Source: Spirochaetales bacterium
GTDB lineage: Bacteria; Spirochaetota; Spirochaetia; JAFGDJ01
Length of the DNA stretch: 58,502 nucleotides
NCBI GenBank assembly: GCA_016932135.1
Contig: JAFGDJ010000137.1
Coordinates: 1 to 58,502, forward strand
Reading direction: 5' to 3'
The notes beneath the pieces are model-generated. The model had not been told where the DNA came from. It worked only from the letters and a program-made list of their open reading frames with translations, and searched no databases. Position 1 is the stretch's first letter, and each line of letters begins with the position of its first letter. A program made the translations under genes and the position numbers. This document shows, one piece after another, positions 18,460 through 28,166 of the stretch.

Positions 18460-19767
18460 ATGAAGAAATTTATCAGATTGTTCATACGACATTGGGCCAA
18501 GACACCCTTTAAAGTCAGCATGACGATTTTAGCTGTGGCTTTAGGGACGGGTATTCTCATCCTTTCCTTCAGCGCTGCCTCCATTCTGAAAAAACAGGTA
18601 GCCTCAAGGCTAGAACAAGGCGGGGTGATCCTCTATACCGCCAACGGCCAGTGGAACGCCGACGGGTCGGTGGACCAGGAACACCCCCCCCAGTGGGATT
18701 TTGACGCCCTGGACCTGGTAGTAACGGAAATCGACGCGGTTACCGCTTCCGTACCGGTGCTGATGGTCCCCTTCGATCAGATCACTACGGAGGCCAGATC
18801 ATATAACCTCCGCTCGGCAGTGGGAACCGGGCCGGAATATTTCGACATCTTCTCCCTGGATATCCTCTCCGGCTCGGCCATGACCGAAGAAGACATTGCC
18901 ACGGGAACCCGACGGATCTGGATAAGCCGGAAAACCGCGGAAATTTTATACGGTTCAGCGGAAGCGGCCCTGGGAAAATGGATCAGCCCCCCGGGAGATA
19001 TCATCCGACGGGGCCCGGGGCAGAGAGAGCAGAATCAGATACTTCAATATTCCGTTGCCGGTGTGTATGAGGACCCGACCGACATTGCCCGCCGTTCCTA
19101 TGGCATCGCTGATGTAATATTTCCTTACACATCCCTTATTCCCGGGGGAAGCAATGCGGAGGTTATGAAAAATTTTATATCCGGGCTTTTTGTACTGAAA
19201 AGCGAAGGCCTTTCGGCCGAGAGGACGGCGGCTTCAGTCCGGCAGGTTATGGCTGAAAACTACGGTGACGATGTGAACACCCTGGTATGGGAAGGGTCTC
19301 CCCGCGGAACCTCCGAGTATATGGAAGAACTCCGCCAGGCGGTGGATCTCTTCTCCGTTTCGGTGAATCTTCTGGGAGTGGTGCTTCTCCTCACCAGCTC
19401 GCTGGGTATTTTCAGCATTATGGTGGTGGAATCCCTTTCCCGCCGCCGGGATATTGCCCTGGAACGGGCGCTGGGGGCTTCCCGACGCTTGGTCGTACGG
19501 GAATTCTGGTCCTGGTCCGCAGCTTTGAGTCTCCTGGGAGCCCTCATCGGCGCGCTGATAGCCTTACTCCTGGCAAAACCGGTGTTAGGAACCTTATCGC
19601 CTCTAGCCGGCGAGGTTGCCGTTACCTTCCGTGAAGCGGCCGGCGTTACTCCCGGAGCTTTGCTGACCGGCATTCTTCTTGCCCTGGGGTGCGGCGGTAT
19701 CCTCGGCCTGCTGCCGGCTTTCTCGGCTCTGAAGGGTAACATCTCCGACACCTTACGGGAGGCATGA
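18460..19767 (+). CDS. ABC transporter permease, FtsX/MacB-type (second paralogue)
   Basis: Same architecture as the preceding gene; FtsX motif RRDIALERALGASRRLV. Confidence 0.85.
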   Translation: MKKFIRLFIRHWAKTPFKVSMTILAVALGTGILILSFSAASILKKQVASRLEQGGVILYTANGQWNADGSVDQEHPPQWDFDALDLVVTEIDAVTASVPVLMVPFDQITTEARSYNLRSAVGTGPEYFDIFSLDILSGSAMTEEDIATGTRRIWISRKTAEILYGSAEAALGKWISPPGDIIRRGPGQREQNQILQYSVAGVYEDPTDIARRSYGIADVIFPYTSLIPGGSNAEVMKNFISGLFVLKSEGLSAERTAASVRQVMAENYGDDVNTLVWEGSPRGTSEYMEELRQAVDLFSVSVNLLGVVLLLTSSLGIFSIMVVESLSRRRDIALERALGASRRLVVREFWSWSAALSLLGALIGALIALLLAKPVLGTLSPLAGEVAVTFREAAGVTPGALLTGILLALGCGGILGLLPAFSALKGNISDTLREA

Positions 19768-19768
19768 G

Positions 19769-21058
19769 ATGCGAAAAGCTTTTTTAGTACTTTTGTTGTT
19801 TTTAACCGCGGCGGTATTCCAAGTCACCGCCGAAGAAACCCTCGAAGGCATCGACGCGGTCCGATCCTACGCCCTGGAACATAACCTCACCTATCGTACG
19901 GCAGTGTGGGAGGCCTTGAAAGCCCGCAACAATATTGAAGGAATCTTCACGCTTGATAAGAGCTCCCTTTCCTTAAGCGGAAACTGGAACGATATCGCGG
20001 CAAATCCCCTTCCGGAACTTGAAGCGGGAGTGTCACTCCCTATCCTGGAACAGGTGGCCTTCAACGCTTCCCTGGATAGCGACCTGAAGGGTCGTTTAGG
20101 GATCGTGCTGACCCCCCTGGCCCATTCATCCTCCGACGAACAGGCGGAACTGGCCTATCAGAAGGCCCTGGCCCTGGCCGATGAAACCGCTTTATCGGTG
20201 GAAAACGACACCCTGGCAGCCCTCCTCCGCTGGTCGGCGACGGAACGAAAAACATCCGTCCAGGAAAAGGTGACGGCCCTGAGAGAACAGCTCTACCAGG
20301 ATGATAAAACCCGGTACGCAGCGGGCGAAGCCACTCTGGATGAGGTGCGAAGCTCCTTGAAAGCATGGTCGGAAGCCCGGGTACAGCTCACCACCCTGCA
20401 GAATCAATTACAGCAGACTGTTACAAACCTCTATGCCTTGCTGCATACCGAGCCTGCCGAGGTATCAGTTACCCAAGTGGAAACCGAAGAGCTTCTTTCA
20501 TCGCTGCAGGTGCTCCTGGAAGAGACAGTTTCATCCTCGGGGAATCCATCTTCAACCTGGCAGGTAACATCAACGAAGATTGAAGCCCGAAAGCTGCAAT
20601 TGGAGCTCCAGGATATATGGCTCTTCGATCCCGATCTAAAGGTCAACGCCGGTCTGGATATTGATCTTCATACTCCAGGAATTTCCTCCGTCGGTGGTTC
20701 AGTTACTCTGTCGGTGGGGCTGCAGGATTTCAGGAGTGAAGAAAAGGAAGAACTCACCAGGGACATTGGCCTGGCGGAAGAGCAAATAGCCCTGGCGGTA
20801 GCGGAAAGCAACCTGGCCTATAAGCAAGCCATGGGATCCTTGGAGAACGCGAACCTGGCCAGGCAAATCGTCGAACTTGAACTGGAAGAAACACGGGAAT
20901 TGGCGGATGAATCGGCTTTTTTATACGACCGCGGCGAGATTTCAGCAGCCGAACTTGAAGAAGCCCGGCTGCTCCTTCTTCAGGCGGATAATGACTACTT
21001 TTCCGCATTGGCTGATCAATTCATCGCCCTGCTGGAACTGAGGCGGTATATGGACTAG
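19769..21058 (+). CDS. TolC-family outer-membrane efflux protein
   Basis: Signal peptide and two internally repeated coiled-coil/beta halves typical of OEP/TolC. ATG lies 1 nt after the permease stop. Confidence 0.8.
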   Translation: MRKAFLVLLLFLTAAVFQVTAEETLEGIDAVRSYALEHNLTYRTAVWEALKARNNIEGIFTLDKSSLSLSGNWNDIAANPLPELEAGVSLPILEQVAFNASLDSDLKGRLGIVLTPLAHSSSDEQAELAYQKALALADETALSVENDTLAALLRWSATERKTSVQEKVTALREQLYQDDKTRYAAGEATLDEVRSSLKAWSEARVQLTTLQNQLQQTVTNLYALLHTEPAEVSVTQVETEELLSSLQVLLEETVSSSGNPSSTWQVTSTKIEARKLQLELQDIWLFDPDLKVNAGLDIDLHTPGISSVGGSVTLSVGLQDFRSEEKEELTRDIGLAEEQIALAVAESNLAYKQAMGSLENANLARQIVELELEETRELADESAFLYDRGEISAAELEEARLLLLQADNDYFSALADQFIALLELRRYMD

Positions 21059-21140
21059 GAAATCTCTTTATATAACAGCTACAGTATATTTAAAAAAGGA
21101 AGTTTTTTACTATGATAAGCAAAGAAACCCTTGCGTAAAC

Positions 21141-21169
21141 TTGCCAGTTGTGACAAGAATATCTACAGT
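21141..21169 (+). promoter_or_regulatory. candidate sigma70-type promoter of the liv operon
   Basis: TTGCCA (21141-21146) - 17 nt - TACAGT (21164-21169), about 30 nt upstream of livJ. Pattern match only. Confidence 0.25.
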
Positions 21170-21201
21170 AAAGCAAATTTACACAAAACAAAGGAGTGAG
21201 T

Positions 21202-22317
21202 ATGAAAAAGCGTGTTACCGTTATTATGATTATTGCGCTTCTGGCAACCCTCTTTTTTGCCGGTTGTGCGGAAAAAGAAGCGGAAGTAATCAAGATCGGT
21301 GTCGGCGGCGCTCATAGCGGCGACCTGGCATCCTATGGTCTTCCTTCAGTGAACGCGGCAAAACTCGTCGTGGAGGAATGGAACGCTAAAGGCGGTGTCA
21401 TGGGCAAACAGATTGAATTGGTTGTCGAAGACGATCAGTGTAAACCCGAAGTAGCCACCAATACCGCCAGCAAGCTGGTGGATGAAGGTGTGGTGGCCGT
21501 ACAGGGGCACATCTGCAGCGGCGCGACAAAATCAGCTCTGTCCATCTATGAAGAGTCGAGCATTCCTATTGTTTCACCTTCCGCCACCAACGTGGACCTG
21601 GTGAAGTCCCCCAACTTCTTCCGGACTATAGCCTCCGACGATGCCCAGTCTCAGATGATTGTTGACTTCTGCCTCGACACCCTGGGGGTTACCAAATTTG
21701 CCGTTCTGCACGATAAGGGTGACTACGGTAAGGGTCTGGCGGAATTCGCCGTAGAATTCCTTAAAAAAGACAGCCGAGCTGAAATCCTTCTTTTCGAGGG
21801 AATTACCGTCGGCGCGGTGGATTATTCCGCCGTGTTAAACAAGATCAAGGAATCCGGCGCTGAAGTCATCATCTATGGTGGATACCATCCCGAAGCTTCA
21901 AAACTGGTCGGCCAGATGAAAAAAATGAAAATGGACATCTACTTCATTTCCGATGACGGCGTGAAGGATGATACCTTCATCAAAGTTGCCGGTGAATATG
22001 CCGAAGGCGTATACGCCACCGGTCCGATCGATACCTCGAGCAATCCTCTCTACATCAAGGCAACCAAGGATCATCAGGAAAAATTCGGTGAAGATCCCGG
22101 CGCGTTCTTCTACAATGCCTACGCGGCTACCCAGGCTATTCTCAACGCCATCGACAAGGCAGGAGCCACCGATTTCGACTCCATCACCAAGGCCTTGAGA
22201 ACCTATTATGTGGAAACCCCTCTCGGACGAATTAAATTCGACGAAAAGGGTGATGCCGAAGGTGTCGGATTCGCCGTGTACCAAGTACAGAACGGCGTGT
22301 ATGTTTCTGTAAAATAA
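21202..22317 (+). CDS. livJ: branched-chain amino acid ABC transporter substrate-binding lipoprotein (LivJ/LivK family)
   Basis: AAGGAG SD before ATG 21202 and lipobox FFAGC. Periplasmic_binding_6 hallmarks (IKIGVGGAHSGDLASYG...VVAVQGHICSGAT). Confidence 0.88.
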   Translation: MKKRVTVIMIIALLATLFFAGCAEKEAEVIKIGVGGAHSGDLASYGLPSVNAAKLVVEEWNAKGGVMGKQIELVVEDDQCKPEVATNTASKLVDEGVVAVQGHICSGATKSALSIYEESSIPIVSPSATNVDLVKSPNFFRTIASDDAQSQMIVDFCLDTLGVTKFAVLHDKGDYGKGLAEFAVEFLKKDSRAEILLFEGITVGAVDYSAVLNKIKESGAEVIIYGGYHPEASKLVGQMKKMKMDIYFISDDGVKDDTFIKVAGEYAEGVYATGPIDTSSNPLYIKATKDHQEKFGEDPGAFFYNAYAATQAILNAIDKAGATDFDSITKALRTYYVETPLGRIKFDEKGDAEGVGFAVYQVQNGVYVSVK

Positions 22318-22326
22318 GATGATTTG

Positions 22327-22366
22327 AACGGCTTCCCCTTAACCGGGGAGGCCGTTCATCTTTTCC
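22327..22366 (+). terminator. rho-independent terminator/attenuator after livJ
   Basis: aacggcttcccc / ttaacc / ggggaggccgtt is a 12-bp stem with one G-U pair, followed by catcttttcc. This position (after the binding-protein gene, before the permeases) is typical for differential expression. Confidence 0.6.
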
Positions 22367-22382
22367 ATCATGGATAACACAT

Positions 22383-23291
22383 ATGGATCTTGATTATTTC
22401 TTCCAGCTGTTTTTAGGCGGGATGACTCGAGGCAGTATCTACGCCCTCATTGCTCTCGGGTACACCATGGTGTACGGGATTATTAAACTGATCAATTTCG
22501 CCCACGGCGAAATCTACATGATCGGCGCTTTCACCGCCCTTATCATCGTCGGCGCTCTGGGAATGACAGGGCTAAACCCGGTATTGATTTTTCTCATCGC
22601 CGGGGTTATCGCTGTGCTGACCTCCGCAGGCTACGGGGTTACCATCGAGAGGATCGCCTACAAACCGCTGCGCAATGCACCGCGCCTTTCGGCGCTCATC
22701 AGCGCTATTGGCATGTCTTTATTCCTGCAGAACTATGTTTTGCTTGCCCAGACATCCAATTTTCTTCCTTTCCCCACATTGATTCCCGAGTTTAAATTCC
22801 TGGCGAATGCGGGGGGGATTATATCATCCACCCAGATCATTATCCTGGCTACCACCGCGTTGGTTATGGTAGTCCTGACTCTCTTGATAAAATTTACCAG
22901 GATCGGGAAAGCCATGCGAGCCACCTCGCAGGATCGGCAGATGGCTCAGTTGGTAGGCATCGGCATTAACAAGGTTATCGCCTTCACCTTCGTTATCGGA
23001 TCCTTTACCGCCGCCTTGGGGGGAGTTCTCATTTGCTCCCATATCGGCCAGATAAATTTTTATATCGGCTTTATAGCCGGTATCAAGGCTTTTGTCGCCG
23101 CGGTGCTGGGAGGAATCGGAAGCATTCCCGGGGCTGTCCTGGGCAGTTTCGTTCTGGGGCTTACTGAGAGTTTCGGTACGGGTTACATCTCCAGTGATTA
23201 CGAGGATGTATTCGCGTTCCTCTTTCTCGTTCTGATCCTGACGATCCGTCCTTCCGGAATTCTCGGCAGGGAAAAGAAGGCGAAAGTATGA
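22383..23291 (+). CDS. livH: branched-chain amino acid ABC transporter permease LivH
   Basis: 302-aa multi-TM ORF; LGGMTRGSIYALIALGYTMVYG..INFAHGE is the classic LivH N-terminus. Confidence 0.9.
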   Translation: MDLDYFFQLFLGGMTRGSIYALIALGYTMVYGIIKLINFAHGEIYMIGAFTALIIVGALGMTGLNPVLIFLIAGVIAVLTSAGYGVTIERIAYKPLRNAPRLSALISAIGMSLFLQNYVLLAQTSNFLPFPTLIPEFKFLANAGGIISSTQIIILATTALVMVVLTLLIKFTRIGKAMRATSQDRQMAQLVGIGINKVIAFTFVIGSFTAALGGVLICSHIGQINFYIGFIAGIKAFVAAVLGGIGSIPGAVLGSFVLGLTESFGTGYISSDYEDVFAFLFLVLILTIRPSGILGREKKAKV

Positions 23292-23307
23292 GTTTCAGGG
23301 GAATAGC

Positions 23308-24537
23308 ATGGTAACGTTAAAACAGATACGAAATTCAGTTCTTATCGCCCTCTGGATGATGATCCTCACCTTTCCCATCATGGTGATTAAAGTAAATACC
23401 ATCGAAAACATCGTTATCTGGCGTTGGATGAACCTCCTGTATATTGGAGTGGGAACGGTCATTCTATCTATCTTTTGGTTTTTTCTCATAAACCGGAGGA
23501 AACTCGAACCGGAGGAAAGAAAGAGAAGCTTCGCCCTGAAAGGAAAAATCGAAACCTTGAAAGGGGTCCTGGCAAAGCCGGTGGTTCAGAAGCCGCTGTA
23601 TGCCGCTCTTCTGGTGATAATCATCATCTTCCCCTTTGTATCGTCCCTGTATCAAACGGGAATCATGATTACCGCTTTGATGTACGTCATCCTTGGCCTG
23701 GGGTTGAATATCGTTGTGGGTTTAGGGGGGCTTCTCCACCTGGGATACGCGGCTTTTTACGCCGTGGGGGCCTATACCTATGCCCTGCTGCACCGGTATC
23801 TGGGCCTGAGCTTCTGGGTCTGCCTTCCCATCGGCGCGCTCTCCGCCATGCTGCTGGGTATTCTGGTGGGCCTGCCTGTCTTACGACTCCGGGGGGATTA
23901 TTTGGCCATCGTTACCTTGGCCTTCGGCGAGATTGTCCGGATTCTTCTGGAGAACTTGAGCCAATACACCGGCGGTCCGGCAGGAATTTCAGGGATTCCC
24001 CGGCCCAGCTTTTTCGGAATTAAAATGAGCTTGAGCACGGCCATGAATTACACTTACTTCCTCACCTTTGCCCTGGTATTGTTTACCATCTTCGTAGTCC
24101 GCCGGCTGGAACACTCCCGCTTAGGCAGATCCTGGGTGGCCATGAGGGAGGATGAAGTAGCCAGTGAAGCCATGGGAATCGACATCACCCGGGCAAAACT
24201 CAGTTCCTTCGCCCTGGGAGCCCTGTGGGCCGGCCTGGCAGGGGTTTTTTTCTCCGCCAAGACCACCTTCGTTAACCCGGCAAGCTTTACTCTTTGGGAA
24301 TCGGTGATTATTCTTTGCGTGGTGGTGTTAGGCGGGATCGGTTCCATCAAAGGGGTTGTCCTGGGAGCCATCGTTATCATCCTGCTACCGGAATACCTGC
24401 GGGCTTTTTCACAATACCGGATGCTCTTTTTTGGATTGATCCTGGTTATGATGATGATTTTCCGCCCCGGAGGGTTTATACCGGCAAAAAGGAGAGTATA
24501 TACCTTCGACAAGGCGCAATTAGAGGAGTCGGACTGA
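23308..24537 (+). CDS. livM: branched-chain amino acid ABC transporter permease LivM
   Basis: LGLNIVVGLGGLLHLGYAAFYAVGAYT and GDYLAIVTLAFGEI motifs, with an N-terminal extension of extra TM helices. Confidence 0.9.
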   Translation: MVTLKQIRNSVLIALWMMILTFPIMVIKVNTIENIVIWRWMNLLYIGVGTVILSIFWFFLINRRKLEPEERKRSFALKGKIETLKGVLAKPVVQKPLYAALLVIIIIFPFVSSLYQTGIMITALMYVILGLGLNIVVGLGGLLHLGYAAFYAVGAYTYALLHRYLGLSFWVCLPIGALSAMLLGILVGLPVLRLRGDYLAIVTLAFGEIVRILLENLSQYTGGPAGISGIPRPSFFGIKMSLSTAMNYTYFLTFALVLFTIFVVRRLEHSRLGRSWVAMREDEVASEAMGIDITRAKLSSFALGALWAGLAGVFFSAKTTFVNPASFTLWESVIILCVVVLGGIGSIKGVVLGAIVIILLPEYLRAFSQYRMLFFGLILVMMMIFRPGGFIPAKRRVYTFDKAQLEESD

Positions 24538-24538
24538 T

Positions 24539-25327
24539 ATGGCTGCCATACTTGATGCATCCCAGGTAACCATGGATTTTGGAGGCCTTCGGGCGGTGAA
24601 CAACGCCGATGTTCACATCGATCAGGGGGAAATCGTCGCCCTTATCGGACCCAACGGCGCCGGGAAAACGACCTTCTTCAATGTCATTACCGGGGTATAC
24701 AAACCCACCACCGGAGATGTTCGAATCACAGCCCCGGGAAAGGAAACGGAAAGCATAACCGGGTTAAAACCTAACAAGATTACCGAGAAAGGTCTTGCCC
24801 GGACCTTTCAGAATATCCGGCTTTTCCAGAACATGACGGTCCTGGAAAATGTGATGATCGGCCGTCACTGCCGCATGAAAGCCGGCATTGCCGGAGCAGT
24901 TTTCCGGGACAGAAAAACCCGGGAAGAAGAGGAACAGGTCGTAGCGGACAGTTACGCTATTCTTAAAAAGATCGGACTGGAAACCTTTGTCAACGAACTG
25001 GCCAAAAACCTTCCCTACGGCGCTCAGCGAAGGCTGGAAATCGCCCGGGCTATGGCGACGGAGCCCTTTCTTCTGCTCCTGGATGAACCTGCAGCGGGGA
25101 TGAACCCCCACGAAACCAGGGAACTGGATGAAATGATTCTTAAGATTCGAGCCACCGAAAAGATCTCCATCCTGCTGATCGAACACGATATGAGCCTGGT
25201 AATGAGTATTTCAGACCGCATCTATGTCATGGATTACGGCCTGCTTATCGCCGAAGGCCAACCGAAAGAAGTCCGGGCGAATCCGGCGGTCATCAAGGCG
25301 TATCTGGGAGAGGAATTCAATGCTTAA
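24539..25327 (+). CDS. livG: branched-chain amino acid ABC transporter ATP-binding protein LivG
   Basis: Walker A GPNGAGKTT, LPYGAQRRLEIARAM, LLLDEPAAGM. Confidence 0.92.
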   Translation: MAAILDASQVTMDFGGLRAVNNADVHIDQGEIVALIGPNGAGKTTFFNVITGVYKPTTGDVRITAPGKETESITGLKPNKITEKGLARTFQNIRLFQNMTVLENVMIGRHCRMKAGIAGAVFRDRKTREEEEQVVADSYAILKKIGLETFVNELAKNLPYGAQRRLEIARAMATEPFLLLLDEPAAGMNPHETRELDEMILKIRATEKISILLIEHDMSLVMSISDRIYVMDYGLLIAEGQPKEVRANPAVIKAYLGEEFNA

Positions 25328-26027
25328 GCTGGAAGACGTTGTTACCTGTTACGGGAATATCAAAGCCCTGAAAGGGATTTCAATTACCATACAGCCCGGA
25401 GAGATTATCACGGTGATCGGAGCCAATGGTGCCGGGAAATCCACCACCTTGATGACCATCTGTGGTATTATTCCGCCTCGGCAAGGGAAAATAATCTATG
25501 AAGGCCAGGACATCACCAATGCGGAACCCGATAAAATTGTCGGCATGGGGATATCTCAGGTTCCCGAAGGCCGCCGAATCTTCCCCTTCCTCACCGTGCA
25601 GGAAAACCTGGATATGGGGGCCTATCTTCGCCGGGACACAGACGGAATCAAAAGGGACAGAGACTACATTTACGAACTCTTTCCCATTCTGGCTGAACGG
25701 AGAAACCAGGCCGGCGGTACCTTAAGCGGCGGTGAACAGCAGATGCTGGCCATTTCCCGGGCGTTAATGGCTAAACCGAAGCTTTTACTGATGGACGAGC
25801 CTTCCTTGGGACTGGCTCCCATCATTGTGCAGCAGATCTTCAGCATTATTACCAAGATCAATCAGGAAAACGGTACCACGATTCTTTTGGTTGAGCAAAA
25901 CGCCAACATGGCTCTGAAGGTAGCCCACCGGGGTTATGTCATGGAAACCGGCCGCATAACCATGGAAGACACGGCGAAAGGGCTCGTTTCAAATCCTGAA
26001 GTAAAGGACGCTTATCTAGGGGTGTGA
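25320..26027 (+). CDS. livF: branched-chain amino acid ABC transporter ATP-binding protein LivF
   Basis: Start at MLKLEDV (ATG 25320, overlapping the livG stop). GANGAGKSTT, LSGGEQQMLAISRAL, LLMDEPSLGL. Confidence 0.92.
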   Translation: MLKLEDVVTCYGNIKALKGISITIQPGEIITVIGANGAGKSTTLMTICGIIPPRQGKIIYEGQDITNAEPDKIVGMGISQVPEGRRIFPFLTVQENLDMGAYLRRDTDGIKRDRDYIYELFPILAERRNQAGGTLSGGEQQMLAISRALMAKPKLLLMDEPSLGLAPIIVQQIFSIITKINQENGTTILLVEQNANMALKVAHRGYVMETGRITMEDTAKGLVSNPEVKDAYLGV

Positions 26028-26359
26028 AAACCCTTGCTTTCTCGACGCTCATTTTTCTTTTTGTCCTCTTTTTTTCCGGTTGTAGTGGGGACAGAGTAAC
26101 CCTGGAATACTATTATTCTTCCCACTGCCCTTCCTGTGATAAGGTATTGCCGGTTCTTCGCGTTTTGTCACGGCAGTGGTGCTACCGGGTAAAAACAATA
26201 AATGTACTGACTGATCGGGAATTGGATCATTTTCTTTCGCGTTTAAACCAGGCTGCTTTAAGTGATCACCCCGGCAGGCTGCCGATGCTTTTTATGGATG
26301 ATGAAGTGTATACGGGGACAGAGGAGATCCTATCGGTGCTACAAACCTTGGAGAATTGA
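26024..26359 (+). CDS. small thioredoxin-fold-like CxxC lipoprotein
   Basis: GTG start overlaps the livF TGA (GTGA). Signal peptide plus lipobox (FFSGC) and a HCPSCDKV redox-type CxxC motif. Visibly AT-richer than liv. Confidence 0.55.
   Translation: MKTLAFSTLIFLFVLFFSGCSGDRVTLEYYYSSHCPSCDKVLPVLRVLSRQWCYRVKTINVLTDRELDHFLSRLNQAALSDHPGRLPMLFMDDEVYTGTEEILSVLQTLEN
26086..26099 (+). repeat. degenerate copy of the TGGGGACAGAGGAA word (TGGGGACAGAGtAA)
   Basis: 13/14 match, inside the CxxC lipoprotein ORF (codons GGG GAC AGA GTA). Confidence 0.5.
26314..26325 (+). repeat. 12-nt copy GGGGACAGAGGA(g)
   Basis: Inside the CxxC lipoprotein ORF, read as GGG ACA GAG GAG (G-T-E-E). Confidence 0.55.
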
Positions 26360-26367
26360 CAATCTTG

Positions 26368-26381
26368 TGGGGACAGAGGAA
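26368..26381 (+). repeat. exact copy of 14-mer TGGGGACAGAGGAA (intergenic)
   Basis: 9 nt after the CxxC lipoprotein stop and 64 nt before the namA ATG. Confidence 0.9.
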
Positions 26382-26388
26382 ACCTTTC

Positions 26389-26417
26389 TTGCCCTTCTAT
26401 AGTCGTTTTACTATATT
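26389..26417 (+). promoter_or_regulatory. candidate promoter for namA
   Basis: TTGCCC (26389-26394) - 17 nt - TATATT (26412-26417). Pattern match only. Confidence 0.25.
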
Positions 26418-26444
26418 TAATAATGATAAAGAAAGGAGCAATGA

Positions 26445-27473
26445 ATGAGTAATTTATTTTCTCCGTTAACAATGAAAGATCTAACTCTGCGCAACCGAAT
26501 AGTCATGTCTCCTATGTGCATGTACAGTGCAGATAAGGATGGATTTTCTTCTGACTGGCACAGTCTTCATTATGCGACTCGGGCTATGGGCGGCGTCGGC
26601 CTCATTCTTCAAGAAGCCACCGCCGTTGAAGGACGAGGGCGTATTACCGATGGTGATTTAGGTATCTGGGACGACCGGCATGTGGCAGGGTTTAAGAAGA
26701 TTGTTCAGCAGGTACATCGCTTCGGTGCAAAGATTGGCATTCAACTGGCCCATGCCGGTCGTAAATGCATGATTCCCTCGGAGGATATCATCTCACCTTC
26801 CCCGGTTTGTTACGATGCCAATGACCCACGGTACAGGATACCACGGGAGATGAACGATCAGGATATAGAAACTGTGATACGGGCCTTCCAGGACTCTGCT
26901 TCCAGGGCTGTTGAGACCGGGTACGATCTCGTGCAGATTCACGCAGCCCATGGGTACCTTTTAAATGAATTCCTCACTCCCCTGGTGAATAAACGGACCG
27001 ATAAGTATGGGGGTAGAACCGGGGGGACAGAGCTGCTGCGAGAGGTCATACACGCGGTCAGAAAGGTATGGCCGGAGCATAAGCCACTGGAAGTGAGAGT
27101 TTCTGCCCGGGACTATGAAGCCGATGGAAATGAGCCTGAAGATCTGGCAAAGGTCTTAAACGCCGTCAAGGCTGAGGGCGTGGACAGCGTGAATGTCAGC
27201 TCCGGCAATGTGGTACCGGTACCTTCAGATGCCTACAATTCATACCAGATACCCTTCGCTGAGATCATTCGGATAGAGACTGGTCTTATCGTGACAGGTG
27301 GAGGAATGGTTACCGATGCGACCCAGGCCGACGGCATTATCCGCTCCGGCAGAGCCGATATGGTCTTTTTAGGGAGAGAACTTCTCAGGTCCCCCTACTG
27401 GCCACTGGCCGCCTCAAAATCACTGGGAGCAGAGCTGGATTACTGGCCGGAGCAGTACAAACGGGCGAAGTAA
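26445..27473 (+). CDS. namA: NADPH dehydrogenase, Old Yellow Enzyme family (YqjM/NamA type)
   Basis: LRNRIVMSPMCMYSA...DWH..HYATRA.GGVGLI..EATAV...GIQLAHAGRK...IHAAHGYLLNEFL...GRELLRSPYW; length and motifs match YqjM-class OYEs. Confidence 0.88.
   Translation: MSNLFSPLTMKDLTLRNRIVMSPMCMYSADKDGFSSDWHSLHYATRAMGGVGLILQEATAVEGRGRITDGDLGIWDDRHVAGFKKIVQQVHRFGAKIGIQLAHAGRKCMIPSEDIISPSPVCYDANDPRYRIPREMNDQDIETVIRAFQDSASRAVETGYDLVQIHAAHGYLLNEFLTPLVNKRTDKYGGRTGGTELLREVIHAVRKVWPEHKPLEVRVSARDYEADGNEPEDLAKVLNAVKAEGVDSVNVSSGNVVPVPSDAYNSYQIPFAEIIRIETGLIVTGGGMVTDATQADGIIRSGRADMVFLGRELLRSPYWPLAASKSLGAELDYWPEQYKRAK
27023..27032 (+). repeat. 10-nt core copy GGGGACAGAG
   Basis: Inside namA, read as GGG ACA GAG (G-T-E). 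This short copy could be chance on its own. Confidence 0.35.
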
Positions 27474-27567
27474 TAAATATAATAAATGTTACTTTCAATA
27501 GATCTTATTACAACGCACGATTTATTAAGCCCCTTAGGAATAGTAATATAGCGAATAACATTCTTCC

Positions 27568-28143
27568 CTAATCAATCATGATATATTTCCACACCAACCT
27601 TAAGAACCAATTGGGTGGCCTCTCCAGAATATCCAGGATACCTTTTTGAAGAAAAGCAATGCCATTATAGTTATATTCTGTTGGATTATCGACAATACAC
27701 GCTTTTACTGGGTTCATTGTGACATAAATAAAAGTATATAGATATTGTTTGAAGTTATGAATAATAACACTCTGGAATCGCTCTGCAAAGACATGACCGA
27801 AATATCCAAAAGTTTTATTGAACTTCCGAGCAAAAACACTTTTTATCCACTGCTTAATTTTTGAAATATCTTCATCTCCTAAAGGTTTTATAATGAAATG
27901 ATAATGACTTCCCATGATGCAGAAGTTGTGCAGCTCAAAATTGAATTTCTTTTTCGCCCTACGGATTACAATTAAAAACATTTCCTTCACTCCCGGTAAA
28001 TCAAAGATCTTTTCTCCTCGAACGGCTCTGGAGAATACATGGTAACTTGCACCATATTGTTTTTGACGTGCCCGCCTCATTAACGCCCCCCTTAATTTTG
28101 TCTCTATACTAAGAAAACGTGTCAAATACTTGCTTTGCTTCAT
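27568..28143 (-). CDS. IS200-like HUH / Y1 tyrosine transposase homologue (RAYT-like)
   Basis: 191 aa with YHVFSRAV N-terminal strand, HUH motif (GSHYHFII) and catalytic-Tyr helix (YLYTFIYVTMNPVKA). AT-rich relative to its neighbours. No tnpB and no second IS end recognisable. Confidence 0.75.
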   Translation of the reverse strand: MKQSKYLTRFLSIETKLRGALMRRARQKQYGASYHVFSRAVRGEKIFDLPGVKEMFLIVIRRAKKKFNFELHNFCIMGSHYHFIIKPLGDEDISKIKQWIKSVFARKFNKTFGYFGHVFAERFQSVIIHNFKQYLYTFIYVTMNPVKACIVDNPTEYNYNGIAFLQKGILDILERPPNWFLRLVWKYIMID

Positions 28144-28166
28144 AAAAAAACTTTCTAATAGAAAAA

